DNA of 64,000 nt from positions 32,350 to 96,349 of the IMG/VR virus record IMGVR_UViG_3300028833_000109. One strand, written 5' to 3'. The stretch comes from a virus (lineage: Duplodnaviria > Caudoviricetes). Position 1 is the stretch's first letter; each line of letters starts with the position of its first letter. Below, one piece after another: positions 47,676 through 58,309 of this stretch. The position numbers and the translations under genes were made by a program. A model generated the notes under the pieces. That model saw nothing but the letters and a program-made list of their open reading frames with translations. It did no database searches and had not been told where the DNA came from.

Positions 47676-50051
47676 ATGGCAAACACTAACATAACATTAG
47701 AGAACCTTTTAGAGCTCGCCCAAGCCGCTACAAGTATCGGTGATGGTGATTATATCTTCATCTATAAGGCTGGTGCCAACGGGTTCAGCAAGATTGAGAA
47801 GAATGTCTTTTTTCAGGGCATCGCAGCGATTGCTGGCGGCGGTATGTCGGAAGATGTTTATGACGCTATCCAAACCAACGTCGAGGCTTTGCGCTCGATA
47901 CTGTACGCGCTCACCAAGACATGGCTCGCCAATCTCGCCTTTACCAACGGCAGGCCGAGCGACACGTTGCTTGCGTCTATCGCCAGTCAGTTCACATGGC
48001 CAGACAACGAGGGCGGCAGTAGTGGCGGCGACACGCCGACGCCAACCAATCCAACGCTTTCTTTGCCTGCAAGCAGTGTCAACATCTTTATCGGCACGAA
48101 CACTGGTAGTGGCATCAGCAAAGTTGTTAACATTCAAGGAAGTAACCTTACCCAGCAACTCAATGTTGTTGTGAGTGGCACTGGTTTTGCCTTGAGCGCA
48201 GACGGTTTGGTCACTCAAACCTTAATCACTGCTAATGCCGCCAATAATGGCACGAGCGTAACGGTGTACTATCTCGGCACAAACACGAACGGAGAAAGTG
48301 GTACGCTTACAATCTCCAGTTATGGTACTGGCACTGACAACATCAATAGAACGGTTAATATTGCTGCGGTATATCAGGAGCAGGGCGGCGGTGACGAGCC
48401 TGTACAAACACCGACGATTTCCGTCAGCCCGTCCAGCCTCTCGTTTAACGCTGAAGTGGGGCAGTCGGCACAGCAGACCTTCTCCGTTTCCGGCAGCAAC
48501 CTGACGGGTAACATCCAGCTCTCCTCTAACAGCAACCTGTTCACATACGAAGTGATTTCAGGACAATTGACACCGAGCAACGGCAGTGTGAACGCTACCA
48601 TTAGGGTAACCTACACGCCTACTGCGCCGACTGCATCGGACACCGATTCGGGCACCATCACCGCTTCCAGCACTGGGGCGACAAGCAAGACCGTCTCATT
48701 GAGCGGTACCGCAACGGCGGCTGCTTCCACGGTCAATGTGGTGTACAAGCTGCTGAATATAAGTGCGCCGAGCACCGCAACCCAAGACCAGGTATGGGGC
48801 TACTACAAAGAGACGGTCAACAAGAGCGACAACTTCAGTAAGCCGCTCTCGGCTCATAATGCGACCCTGCGTGGTGACCTCACCGTCAAGAGCGGCGGCG
48901 TGGTTTTGTACAAGCAGGGAGGCAGTAACAACAATTCTGGCATCACGTTCAGTAACGGCACGCTCAGTATCACATCGACCGTGCTTAACAGCCTAACCGA
49001 TGACCTCATTGTCGTGGCCACGGCATACACTGACAAGGTTACTATCACTGCGAGCGAAGCCGTCAGCGGTGGCGTGACGATTAACGGCGGGTCGGCACAA
49101 AACCTCGAGTCGGGCTCGAATGAGTTTAATGTCAGCACCATCAGCAGCCTGTCATTTGCGTCGGGAGCGAAGACCAAAATCACCTCGATTGACTTCGGTG
49201 GTGCTCAATTCACGGGACAAAGCCTTGCAAGCATGTTCAGCGGGTTTACTGCGCTCACGCAGTTCAAAGGTCTTGTGGTCACTGGCAGCGTGACAAGCCT
49301 TGCAAGCATGTTCAGCGGCTGCTCTGCCCTTACGGTGTTTGACACCATCGGATGGGATACGTCGGCAGTCACAACCATCGAGGCATTAGCATACAACTGC
49401 ACAGCTCTCACAAAGGTTGACCTTGGCAGCAAGGATATGGGTTCGCTCACTTCTGCTGGCACAACCGATACAACAGGAGCGTTTGGAAAATGTTCCAACC
49501 TTGCTAATTTTGATGTGTCGCACTGGAACGCACCAAATCTCACTTCACTTCGTGCATTCTTGTATCAGTGTACTTCGCTGACGAAATTCGACGCTTCTAC
49601 ATGGGACGCACCGAAGGTTGCGAATATGTGGGGCATGTTCGCAACGTGTAGCGCATTGACGGAAATTGACATCAGCGGAATTGACACCACTTATGCAAAC
49701 GCACAGGGTACGCTTAGTGTCGGCCATTTATTCCATCTCTCACAAGCATCAGCCCGCAATTTGTCGAAACTGACGATAGGCAAGTTTGACACGAGCAAAG
49801 TGGCTACTCTTGAATCGTTCTTCTGGTATGCCTGTGGTGAAAAGAAATTGGAACTGCACTGCAAGAGTGCGGTTGTTCCAAGCATCAGTTCGGACACCAG
49901 CAAGATTTGGTTCAGGGCTGGAAACACATCAGCCAGTCACAATGGTAAACAAATGGTTGGGTCTGTTTATGTGCCGACTGGCTACATGGAAGACTATAAA
50001 ACCGCATGGTCTTCATATCTCTCATCTGACACAACTTGGCACGAGGAATAA
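47676..50051 (+). CDS. tail fibre/adhesin with Ig-like (ASH/BACON-like) domains and BspA/DUF285-type LRRs
   Basis: ISVSPSSLSF..QTFSVSGSNLT Ig-like repeats; SLASMFSGCSALT/WDTSAVT LRRs. Confidence 0.7.
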   Translation: MANTNITLENLLELAQAATSIGDGDYIFIYKAGANGFSKIEKNVFFQGIAAIAGGGMSEDVYDAIQTNVEALRSILYALTKTWLANLAFTNGRPSDTLLASIASQFTWPDNEGGSSGGDTPTPTNPTLSLPASSVNIFIGTNTGSGISKVVNIQGSNLTQQLNVVVSGTGFALSADGLVTQTLITANAANNGTSVTVYYLGTNTNGESGTLTISSYGTGTDNINRTVNIAAVYQEQGGGDEPVQTPTISVSPSSLSFNAEVGQSAQQTFSVSGSNLTGNIQLSSNSNLFTYEVISGQLTPSNGSVNATIRVTYTPTAPTASDTDSGTITASSTGATSKTVSLSGTATAAASTVNVVYKLLNISAPSTATQDQVWGYYKETVNKSDNFSKPLSAHNATLRGDLTVKSGGVVLYKQGGSNNNSGITFSNGTLSITSTVLNSLTDDLIVVATAYTDKVTITASEAVSGGVTINGGSAQNLESGSNEFNVSTISSLSFASGAKTKITSIDFGGAQFTGQSLASMFSGFTALTQFKGLVVTGSVTSLASMFSGCSALTVFDTIGWDTSAVTTIEALAYNCTALTKVDLGSKDMGSLTSAGTTDTTGAFGKCSNLANFDVSHWNAPNLTSLRAFLYQCTSLTKFDASTWDAPKVANMWGMFATCSALTEIDISGIDTTYANAQGTLSVGHLFHLSQASARNLSKLTIGKFDTSKVATLESFFWYACGEKKLELHCKSAVVPSISSDTSKIWFRAGNTSASHNGKQMVGSVYVPTGYMEDYKTAWSSYLSSDTTWHEE

Positions 50052-50054
50052 GCA

Positions 50055-51161
50055 ATGATTACCGAACTGACAAATAGTGACAATGCGGGAACGGTGGTGA
50101 GCCGAATCAACACCGCTATTACCGAGCAGAACAAAGGGGTTGACACACTCGGTGCTGACCCCAACGCTGGCTCGGTGATTTCCTGTGTCAATGCCACCAT
50201 CGACGCAGAGGACAACAACGAGCTTGTCGATGTTTTTCCCAGCGACAACGCTGCTGACTTCATCCGCAAGACCAACGCCCTGTTCGCTTCGATCAACGCT
50301 GGCGGTGGCGATGAGCCCACACCGCCAGAACCTGATTATGCCTACTGGAGCGGAAAGAAATACATCGCCTTTGGTGACAGCATCACGCATACCAGTTGGA
50401 CTGTTGCTCTTGATAAACGCTACTGCTTCCTTGCGGCTCAAGAGTTAGGCATGACTACCTTTACCAACGCTGGTGTTTCGGGTATGATGATGCTCGATAA
50501 TAGTGCATTCAGATACCCAATCACACCAGGCACAAACTCTGGTATAGAGTCCGTGCCAAGGTGTTTTTCAAAGGAGCTTCTCAGCCCGATTGACAACCCC
50601 AATACCACACAAATTGTTGATATTGTTGCTGCTCAGAATGCCTCCGTTGCAAGCAACTACGACGGCAGCTACAGGGGGCCCTATGGTTACAATTTGGTAG
50701 GATCGGGGACTCCACTCAAATTGTGGGAATATGACCTTATCTCGATAATGCTCGGCACAAACGACATCTGGCGCAGCCCAAATAAAGTGGGGTCTTGGGA
50801 GGATACTGGCAATGACACCTTCTTTGGAGCTTATAAGAACGTCTTGGATCACATAACGACCCTACTGGCTCAAAAAAACGCCACCAACACTGTGATTGTT
50901 ATTTGTGTTCCGCCACCCCAAGGAAGCGGTTCAGATTTCCATATTGAGAACATTGAGGGTGCGGTAAGGGAGATTGCAGGTCACTATACGGGAAGCCACA
51001 AGTTGCGCATTGTCGATTTCTATAACGAATGTCCTGAAATCCAGATTGAGAGCACCATGTGGAAAGTCCACCCAACAGAAACAGGCCATAGGACAATGGC
51101 CGACTATTTCAAACTCCGCCTGGGCGAGATTGCCGCTGAACTTCATTTAAGTGATAATTAA
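50055..51161 (+). CDS. SGNH/GDSL esterase tail-associated protein
   Basis: FGDSIT, NAGVSG, LGTND and VHPT..GH blocks. Confidence 0.85.
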   Translation: MITELTNSDNAGTVVSRINTAITEQNKGVDTLGADPNAGSVISCVNATIDAEDNNELVDVFPSDNAADFIRKTNALFASINAGGGDEPTPPEPDYAYWSGKKYIAFGDSITHTSWTVALDKRYCFLAAQELGMTTFTNAGVSGMMMLDNSAFRYPITPGTNSGIESVPRCFSKELLSPIDNPNTTQIVDIVAAQNASVASNYDGSYRGPYGYNLVGSGTPLKLWEYDLISIMLGTNDIWRSPNKVGSWEDTGNDTFFGAYKNVLDHITTLLAQKNATNTVIVICVPPPQGSGSDFHIENIEGAVREIAGHYTGSHKLRIVDFYNECPEIQIESTMWKVHPTETGHRTMADYFKLRLGEIAAELHLSDN

Positions 51162-51173
51162 ACCGAATAAGAT

Positions 51174-52499
51174 ATGAACTGCAACTGCAACAATAAGAAC
51201 GAGATAGTCCCCGACGTGAGAATCGTCCAGGGGAACGTCATGCGGCTGGCGATACCGCTGACCCTGCGCACTCTTGAGAAGGTCGGGGACGAGATTCAGG
51301 CCACCGACACCGATTTCATCCCGTCAAGTCCTGTCACCGTCGAGTTCTCGAAAGGCGCGGTAAAGAAAACGCTTGATGTGGAGATGCGCGGCAATATCGC
51401 CGTCATCACCGACAACGGCACACTTCCTATCGGCGTGTACGATGTCACCATACTCTGCAACGACGAAAACGGCAACCCTTACCGCTTCAAGAAAACGCCC
51501 ATCGTGCAGATTGTTGACACGACAAAAGAGGCTGGTATCACGGCACCTGCTGAATACGAGGTCGGCACATGGTATCTCAACCCAGCCATCTACCTTGCCA
51601 TGAGGGGCGAGGACGGCAACGATGGTGTAGGCATCGAAGATATAACAACCGAGTCGAGCGAGGACATCGGCGGCATGAACACCATAACCATCACGCTGAC
51701 CAACGGCCAGACGAGGACATTCACCGTGATGAACGGCAGCGGATCGGTTGACGATATTCTCAACATCAACTCACCGCATCCAATCGCCAACAAGACCGTA
51801 ACGGCAAAGTTCGATGAGTTGAGCCAAGGCATGGCGCAGTTGGTGGGATATGCCGACTACAACAGGGATAACGAAACCATCCGCTTGTTCGACAAGCAAA
51901 GGCAGACCGTACTCGCAAGCATTAGCGGATTCCCCTTTGTCCGCAACGTGTATATCAGCAACAACACGCTTGTTGTCACGTTCAGCGAGGGTAGCGGAAG
52001 GTCGGCAATCGGCATCCCATTGTCTGGCGTATTTAACCCGAATAACTACTTCACGAGGGCGCAGGTGAATAACCTGATTGACGGCATCTATGATGACCTC
52101 AACGGCATGATTGGCGACAAGGCTAACCTGACCAACGGCAAAGTGCCTTACGGAGAGTCTTCTGCGGTGGTTCTTGACGCGATTAACGTGTCCGTTCCGA
52201 CAAACATACCCGCATGGATGATAGGCAAGGTTCACTATTGTGTTGACGGCAAGATCCGCAGGTACATCAACAGCGGCACGAACTATGCTGTCGCCATTGT
52301 GTCAACTCCCGACCCGTACCTCATCTACTTCAACAAGGACGACGGCAAGTTCTACACATGGGACTCTACGAGCGGAATGGAGGAGATTGAGACTGGTTCT
52401 GGCGGCGGCAGCGGCTACAACGTGAGTTATTCCAATGGTGTGTTGACCTTCAGCAGCGACACCCAACCCACTTACAACAACGGAGTATTAACATTATAA
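51174..52499 (+). CDS. tail fibre-associated structural protein
   Basis: GEDGNDGVGI..TITLTNGQT..V.NG fibre motif. Confidence 0.55.
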   Translation: MNCNCNNKNEIVPDVRIVQGNVMRLAIPLTLRTLEKVGDEIQATDTDFIPSSPVTVEFSKGAVKKTLDVEMRGNIAVITDNGTLPIGVYDVTILCNDENGNPYRFKKTPIVQIVDTTKEAGITAPAEYEVGTWYLNPAIYLAMRGEDGNDGVGIEDITTESSEDIGGMNTITITLTNGQTRTFTVMNGSGSVDDILNINSPHPIANKTVTAKFDELSQGMAQLVGYADYNRDNETIRLFDKQRQTVLASISGFPFVRNVYISNNTLVVTFSEGSGRSAIGIPLSGVFNPNNYFTRAQVNNLIDGIYDDLNGMIGDKANLTNGKVPYGESSAVVLDAINVSVPTNIPAWMIGKVHYCVDGKIRRYINSGTNYAVAIVSTPDPYLIYFNKDDGKFYTWDSTSGMEEIETGSGGGSGYNVSYSNGVLTFSSDTQPTYNNGVLTL

Positions 52500-52503
52500 C
52501 GAT

Positions 52504-55284
52504 ATGGCAACACAAGAGACTATAAAACAATTAAATGTCGGTGGCGTTCTTCGTGACGTTGAGGACGTGACCGCAAGGGGGTTAATCTCATCCTTGCAGA
52601 CTGCGTTGGATGCACTGACCAGCGGTGACACGACCACGGCGATTGAGTCATTCAACGAGATTGTCGCTTTCTTGGAGAACGTGAGCGATAGTTCGACCTT
52701 GCAGGGCATCATCGCAGGGTTGAACACGACTATCGCTGGCAAGGTAGATAAGGTCACAGGAAAGGGTCTCTCGACCAACGACTTCACCAACGAGTTGCTG
52801 ACCAAGTTGAATGGTTTGAGCAACTACAATGACACGGCCTTGCAAACTGCTGTGACCAACCTGCAAACGGCACTTCAAAATGTGTACACCAAGTCGCAGA
52901 CTTACGACAAGAGCGAGGTGGATGCGAAGGTGGCCGATGCTGGCAAGGTCAAGTCGGTAACGATTAACGGCACAAAAAAGACACCAAACGAGACCACTGG
53001 CGATGTTGACCTCGGTACGGTAGTAGGCGAGAAAGGTGACAAGGGTGATAAAGGTGATAAGGGCGACCAAGGTAACAGCGGTGTGGCGAGTGCTGACGGC
53101 ATCGAGAGTGTCAACAACCTCAATGGAGGCACTACGGACACCGCAGAGAAGGTCTATGTCCTCGGTGCGAACATGGGCAAGGAACTGAGTGACAGACTCG
53201 CTGTGTTTGAAGGTGTGGAGACATACGGCCCTGATGCCACACTTGACCATGCTGGGAAGTATATCCATACTGGCACTGGCAATTATTGGGGAGCAAACGA
53301 CTACTCGCTTTCAAGGAAAATTCTTCTCAAGGCAGGACAAACAATCAATGTGCATGTGACTGGAGGTGCTGGCAATAGCTGCGTAATAGTGTTGAGCGAC
53401 AGTGCCACCGAAGAAACAGGATACAAAAAAGCATCACAAGGTTCTATCGCTTATGTCAGCGGAACAACCGACTATTCATATACAGCCACGAATGACATCT
53501 ATGTAGCCATCGGCTACAAGACTGCTGACGGCTTCACCGCCACCATCAACACTGGTTCGCAGATGGAGAAGAACAAGAACTCCATCGAGGCGATGCTTGC
53601 AAATCTAAATGGTGTCAGCATCCCGCTTCACAACCAGGGATGGTATGAGTATTCCAACGGTGGGCTTATTCTCCATAATGCGACTACATCGGATAAATAT
53701 ATGCTTTATACCGACAAAATTCCGTTATCAGAGTTTAACCATATCTTTTATTATGGTAAACAAAGTATTTATATGGGTTCTTTCATCGCCATGTTTTATG
53801 ATAGCGAAGATAATTTTATTGGATTCGCAGGTTGCGACAATAAGTCCAAAACAGAGTATGCGATTGGCGAAGCTATCTATCATTATGTTGACATCAAGAA
53901 ACTCGCACCAGCAGGTGCGCATTCGGTTGTTTTGCAGGGAGCCATCAGTAGTGATGTACAGGTTTATGGCATTACAAACACATATAAGTTCCAGATTGTT
54001 GATGATTGGCAGAAAGATATTTACGGAATAGTTGGTGATGGTTATGCTGATGATACAATAGCACTTCAGCGGTATATTGATGCAACTTACGGAACTGCAA
54101 TCATCCCTAAAGGGAAATATCTCATCACTGCACCAATTTACATCAACACAACGAAAATCCGAAAGATTGTCGGCAACGGTTCGACCATAATCATTGATGC
54201 AGACAACTACGCTTCTGGTGAAGATGTAATAGGGTTTGATATTTTCGGCGACCATACTGGCGCAGCAGACCCTGGCAAGACATCCAAGCAGATGTTCAAT
54301 GCTGGATTCGTCATGGAGGACGTGCATATCACATCCAAGACTGGTCTTGCTTGGCACGACAACCAGACTGGAAGCGATGTCGGAAAAGGCTTGGCTATCC
54401 GTATAAGAACAACCAATATGCTCACGTTGAGGGGTTGCGAGATTTACTCAGTCAATGACGGCATTGAGTTGTATGACATCAATCGCAACATCGTTATTGA
54501 CGGTTGCTTCATCTACAACTGCTGGAACAACGGCATCGTGTTCGCAAGCAACTCCAACCTGCACCAAATCAACATCGTCGGCTGCCACATCAGCTATTGT
54601 AAGACGCTCATCTTCTTCGATAACCCGAATCAGATTAACAACTACCAGATCAGCGGTTGTGACCTTGAGTGTTCAAGGATATATCCGTATGGTGTCACCG
54701 AAGGAACGAAGTGCTGTATCAAGCTGGTATCGACAAAAGAGATTATGAACGGCCAGATTGAGATTACAGGAAACACAATTCAAGCACATGCCAATCGTGA
54801 CAGTGGTGGTGTTGACGCTGAATACCTTATCGACATCGAGTCAATTAGAACCGACCGTATTGGTAATTTCATCTCTATTGTCGGCAATCACTTGAGCAAT
54901 GTCGGCCAGTATGCCATCCGCATCAACGGCGGCGACCAGTACACCATCGTTGGCAACACCGTAGGCAATACTGGCGGCTCGGCCACCAATCAGAACGAAC
55001 TCACTGGCGGTCTGCTCTACCTTGAAGGAACGGTCAGCGACATCGCCATTACTGGCAACACGCTGAGAAACTTCTACAACATCGTCAAGGATGCCTACAT
55101 GGTGAATGTCGATGAGGATGCGAGTGTGACAAGGCTGGCTGTGACTGGCAACGTGGGCAATAATACACCTGTCTTTATCAACGGAGCCTCGCAGGACTAC
55201 ATCAGCGTCGTGGGCAACTGCCTTGGCGGTGGAACAGTGACTATCGGTGACGCAACACATAAACAAGAGGCTAACAACATTTGA
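52504..55284 (+). CDS. tailspike with collagen repeat and right-handed beta-helix (polysaccharide depolymerase-like)
   Basis: KVDKVTGKGLSTNDFT, GEKGDKGDKGDKGDQG, YGIVGDGYADDTIALQ, PKGKYLI, repeated ITGN/IVGN. Confidence 0.85.
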   Translation: MATQETIKQLNVGGVLRDVEDVTARGLISSLQTALDALTSGDTTTAIESFNEIVAFLENVSDSSTLQGIIAGLNTTIAGKVDKVTGKGLSTNDFTNELLTKLNGLSNYNDTALQTAVTNLQTALQNVYTKSQTYDKSEVDAKVADAGKVKSVTINGTKKTPNETTGDVDLGTVVGEKGDKGDKGDKGDQGNSGVASADGIESVNNLNGGTTDTAEKVYVLGANMGKELSDRLAVFEGVETYGPDATLDHAGKYIHTGTGNYWGANDYSLSRKILLKAGQTINVHVTGGAGNSCVIVLSDSATEETGYKKASQGSIAYVSGTTDYSYTATNDIYVAIGYKTADGFTATINTGSQMEKNKNSIEAMLANLNGVSIPLHNQGWYEYSNGGLILHNATTSDKYMLYTDKIPLSEFNHIFYYGKQSIYMGSFIAMFYDSEDNFIGFAGCDNKSKTEYAIGEAIYHYVDIKKLAPAGAHSVVLQGAISSDVQVYGITNTYKFQIVDDWQKDIYGIVGDGYADDTIALQRYIDATYGTAIIPKGKYLITAPIYINTTKIRKIVGNGSTIIIDADNYASGEDVIGFDIFGDHTGAADPGKTSKQMFNAGFVMEDVHITSKTGLAWHDNQTGSDVGKGLAIRIRTTNMLTLRGCEIYSVNDGIELYDINRNIVIDGCFIYNCWNNGIVFASNSNLHQINIVGCHISYCKTLIFFDNPNQINNYQISGCDLECSRIYPYGVTEGTKCCIKLVSTKEIMNGQIEITGNTIQAHANRDSGGVDAEYLIDIESIRTDRIGNFISIVGNHLSNVGQYAIRINGGDQYTIVGNTVGNTGGSATNQNELTGGLLYLEGTVSDIAITGNTLRNFYNIVKDAYMVNVDEDASVTRLAVTGNVGNNTPVFINGASQDYISVVGNCLGGGTVTIGDATHKQEANNI

Positions 55285-55288
55285 TGCT

Positions 55289-55567
55289 ATGAAACGAGAC
55301 AAGTTATTACATATCTTTTGGGGCGCATTTTTTGCTGCCGTGGTGGGTATTGGCTGCTATGTGGGCAGCTACAACGAGACCACCGACACTTACAGCCTGT
55401 TCTCAGGGTTGTGGGGTTGCACCGCAGGCATCATCGCTGGTGGTGTCAAGGAGTGGTGCGACAATAAGTACAACTGGGAGTGGGACTGGAAAGACCTGCT
55501 CGCCACCTGCATCGGTGTCGCTATCGCAGTGTTAATCATCCTTGGACTTCATTTTGGAAAGGGGTAA
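55289..55567 (+). CDS. small membrane protein
   Basis: DKLLH..KE..D..WDWKDLLAT, about 3 TM segments. Confidence 0.6.
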   Translation: MKRDKLLHIFWGAFFAAVVGIGCYVGSYNETTDTYSLFSGLWGCTAGIIAGGVKEWCDNKYNWEWDWKDLLATCIGVAIAVLIILGLHFGKG

Positions 55568-55570
55568 GTT

Positions 55571-56047
55571 ATGGAAGATTATATGCACATCATCAAGGGT
55601 CTGCCCATCATGTACCTCATCGTGGTCGTGGCCATGTGCGTGGTCATCGGTGCCATGTGCATGGATGCCATGTTCGGCTGGCGCAAGGCCAAACTGAGGG
55701 GAGAGGCAAGGACATCGTACCTGTTCAGCCGGTCAATAACCAAGTTCGCTCTCTATGAGGGAGTGTTGTTTATCAGTGCTGGCATCGACACGCTCATTCA
55801 TTTCGTGTGGGCGCAGTTCAGTAGCACATCAGTCCATTGTGTTCCGCTGGCATCTATCCTTGTGTCTATCACCTTGTGCATTGTCGAGATATGGTCAATG
55901 CGTGAGAAGGCCGAGGAGAAGACACGCAGCAACTTCAATCATGCCATTAAGGTCGTGGCCGATGTGTTGCAGAAGGAGCAAACGGTGGAAATCGCAAAGC
56001 ACATCATCGACAAGGCAGCGGAAGGAGGGAACGATGAAACTGAGTAA
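55571..56047 (+). CDS. holin (phage holin 4-like)
   Basis: TM helices; D..FG.RKA..RGE..S...SITK and E..S.RE motifs; precedes the endolysin. Confidence 0.75.
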   Translation: MEDYMHIIKGLPIMYLIVVVAMCVVIGAMCMDAMFGWRKAKLRGEARTSYLFSRSITKFALYEGVLFISAGIDTLIHFVWAQFSSTSVHCVPLASILVSITLCIVEIWSMREKAEEKTRSNFNHAIKVVADVLQKEQTVEIAKHIIDKAAEGGNDETE

Positions 56048-56474
56048 GAATTTCACATTAGAGGAACTGACATTCTCAATCACGGCCAACAATCACGGCA
56101 TCAACAACACACCGAATGCCGAGGCCAAGGCTTGTCTGCAACGGCTGGCGGTTGAGATACTCCAACCCATCCGTGACGCATGGGGTCAGCCGATAGTCAT
56201 ATCAAGCGGCTACCGCTGTCCACGGCTCAACGCTGTCGTTGGCGGTGTCAAGGGGTCGCAGCACCTGCTCGGCCAAGCAGCCGACATCAAAGCGGCCAAT
56301 CCGAAAGACAACGGCAAACTATTCTCCTGCATCGCCCAACTGGTCAAGAGCGGGAAGATTCAGGTCGGGCAACTCATTTGGGAGTACGGCACGAAAACCT
56401 GCCCCAAGTGGGTGCATGTGAGTCTGCCGAGAGCGGGTAAGAAGAACAACCAACTCTTGTACTACTACTCATGA
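56034..56474 (+). CDS. endolysin, peptidase M15A family
   Basis: FTLEEL, SSGYRCPRLN..VGG, SQH..GQAAD, WVHVS. Confidence 0.9.
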   Translation: MKLSKNFTLEELTFSITANNHGINNTPNAEAKACLQRLAVEILQPIRDAWGQPIVISSGYRCPRLNAVVGGVKGSQHLLGQAADIKAANPKDNGKLFSCIAQLVKSGKIQVGQLIWEYGTKTCPKWVHVSLPRAGKKNNQLLYYYS

Positions 56475-56587
56475 ACGACAACCAGCAGCGGGCGATATTG
56501 GGCGGCGGGTGCATATCCCTCATCGTGGCGGTAATCATCATCGCCATCACATTCGTCTGCTGCCTGCTCGATAAGATATTCACCTAA
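56471..56587 (+). CDS. 38-aa membrane peptide in the lysis cassette
   Basis: MNDNQQRAILGGGCISLIVAVIIIAITFVCCLLDKIFT; ATGA overlap with the endolysin stop. Confidence 0.45.
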   Translation: MNDNQQRAILGGGCISLIVAVIIIAITFVCCLLDKIFT

Positions 56588-56599
56588 TCTCGATACGAT

Positions 56600-57289
56600 A
56601 TGGACAAAAAGAAAAAGACAGCGTTAGCATTGGCATTATTCGCCACGTTATGGTTCATCGTAGGCGGTGTGTGCGGCTTTTTTGCTGCCAAAGGTATCTA
56701 CGACCAACCCATCGTCGAAAGCGTCACACGGGACACGACAACGACAATCGACACCATTCCCGACATCGCACCGACACCGAAGGACAGCACACCAGTGAGG
56801 ACTATCATCCGATGGCTACCCATGAAACTGCCCAAGGCATCTGGGAATAAGGAGAGCGTGGATAATCCCTATCCCGCAAGCACCGACACCATCTCGCAGT
56901 GGCAGTTGTTCGGTAATTCCGAACATCCGCAAGACTCGGCGCTGGTGGAGATACCGATTACATCAAAGCACTACTCATCAGAACAGTATGATGCATGGAT
57001 TTCGGGCTATGAGGCTTCACTGGATAGCATCAAGGTATATAGCAAGGAGACCTTAATCACTGAGCGAGTGGTCGTGAGCAAGCCACCCAATAGGCTGTCG
57101 CTCGACGTTGAGGCAGGTGCAGACTATATTACACAAGCCAAGGACATGGCCACATTCGCATTCGGCGACCTCACATATAAGATAAGAGACAGCCGCTTCG
57201 CCATTGGCTTGCGTGGAGGCATCATCAAGCCGCCAGCAGACAAGGCAGAGCTGTTTGTGGGTGGGGTTATCAAGTTAAGGATATTCTGA
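56600..57289 (+). CDS. putative spanin-like lysis protein
   Basis: N-terminal TM, AWISGY..LDSI motif, C-terminal beta strands ending in F. Confidence 0.55.
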   Translation: MDKKKKTALALALFATLWFIVGGVCGFFAAKGIYDQPIVESVTRDTTTTIDTIPDIAPTPKDSTPVRTIIRWLPMKLPKASGNKESVDNPYPASTDTISQWQLFGNSEHPQDSALVEIPITSKHYSSEQYDAWISGYEASLDSIKVYSKETLITERVVVSKPPNRLSLDVEAGADYITQAKDMATFAFGDLTYKIRDSRFAIGLRGGIIKPPADKAELFVGGVIKLRIF

Positions 57290-57546
57290 TTTTGTTTCAT
57301 AATATTAATCGAAAGGGGTTATTAGTTTTGGATTTAGGCGGGAAAGCGATGCGAATCGGTGACCCGCCATTAGGTTTTAAAGGTTAATAGAAAAGTGTCG
57401 CACCCATCCGTGAGGACAGGTGCGATGTCTTTTAATCTTTGACGTGCTGTTGTCTTGTCGTCCAATGCTTATGGCTCTCCTGGTACGCCTTGCGTTGGTC
57501 AACCAGGCTCTTGTTCTCTTCCATTGCGTCGGCTATGGCTTGTTGT

Positions 57547-57741
57547 TCAATCTCGTTCATCTTCAATATATGTTAAACTTGTTCCGTTAGTGTTAAACCC
57601 CACAGTCCTGTCTTCTCCGTCAGTCGGATAACTCTCCGATTTTCTGAATACGACATAACCAAACAGGGCGATTGTTTTCTCTCTCATCACGATGTCGCCG
57701 ATCTTGCTCACGACATCAGTTATTACTATCATCGGTTTCAT
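57547..57741 (-). CDS. hypothetical protein
   Basis: small ORF in the leftward operon. Confidence 0.45.
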   Translation of the reverse strand: MKPMIVITDVVSKIGDIVMREKTIALFGYVVFRKSESYPTDGEDRTVGFNTNGTSLTYIEDERD

Positions 57742-57943
57742 ATCCTTTCCTTTTGCAAATCTTGCGCAATCTTCCAATTGTCTCGTTGTTTGACTCGATT
57801 ACGTTCTGTTTGATTGTCAGTTCTTTCTCAAGGTTCTCGACCTTATCCGACAATTCCTTGTCTCGGTTTCCGTAGATGAACGACATGACGAACATGCCGA
57901 GGATCAGCCCGATGACAAACATGATAATATCTAACTCACTCAT
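57716..57943 (-). CDS. small TM-anchored coiled-coil protein
   Basis: MSELDIIMFVIGLILG... Confidence 0.5.
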   Translation of the reverse strand: MSELDIIMFVIGLILGMFVMSFIYGNRDKELSDKVENLEKELTIKQNVIESNNETIGRLRKICKRKGYETDDSNN

Positions 57944-58108
57944 ATCATTTCTCTCCTCCTTTCTTGTTAAGTGCATCAACCGCATTGCCTATACAATCCA
58001 TGAATTTGACCATTGTTTCACAGTCAACATCCTCAGCGTATGCTGTATATGAATGCCACAATCCGTCCTTCCCTTTAAGGAATGTGACTACTATTCCCCT
58101 ACTCGGTT

Positions 58109-58309
58109 TCATTGCTTGTCTCCTTTCTCACAATTTCTAAGATAATCCACAACTCTTGCAAACTCATCGAATGTGAATATAAGGAACGGGGCGAATTCTA
58201 TTCTGTCTACTGGAAAGACTCCATCACACAATTCTTCGTCACAATTTGGTATACCAAGCATCGACATCACATTTTCAAGTTGCTCTTTATTCTTTATTGA
58301 TAGTGTCAT
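58109..58309 (-). CDS. hypothetical protein
   Basis: 66 aa, coupled to YopX. Confidence 0.5.
   Translation of the reverse strand: MTLSIKNKEQLENVMSMLGIPNCDEELCDGVFPVDRIEFAPFLIFTFDEFARVVDYLRNCEKGDKQ

Noticed and set aside
49217-49318. ~24-bp direct repeat (AAGCCTTGCAAGCATGTTCAGCGG) as a recombination site
   Set aside because: Explained by adjacent 25-aa LRR units in the adhesin
57337-57425. Two hairpins after the spanin-like gene as a novel ncRNA
   Set aside because: They lie at a convergent operon junction and are adequately explained as terminator or stability hairpins; no promoter seen
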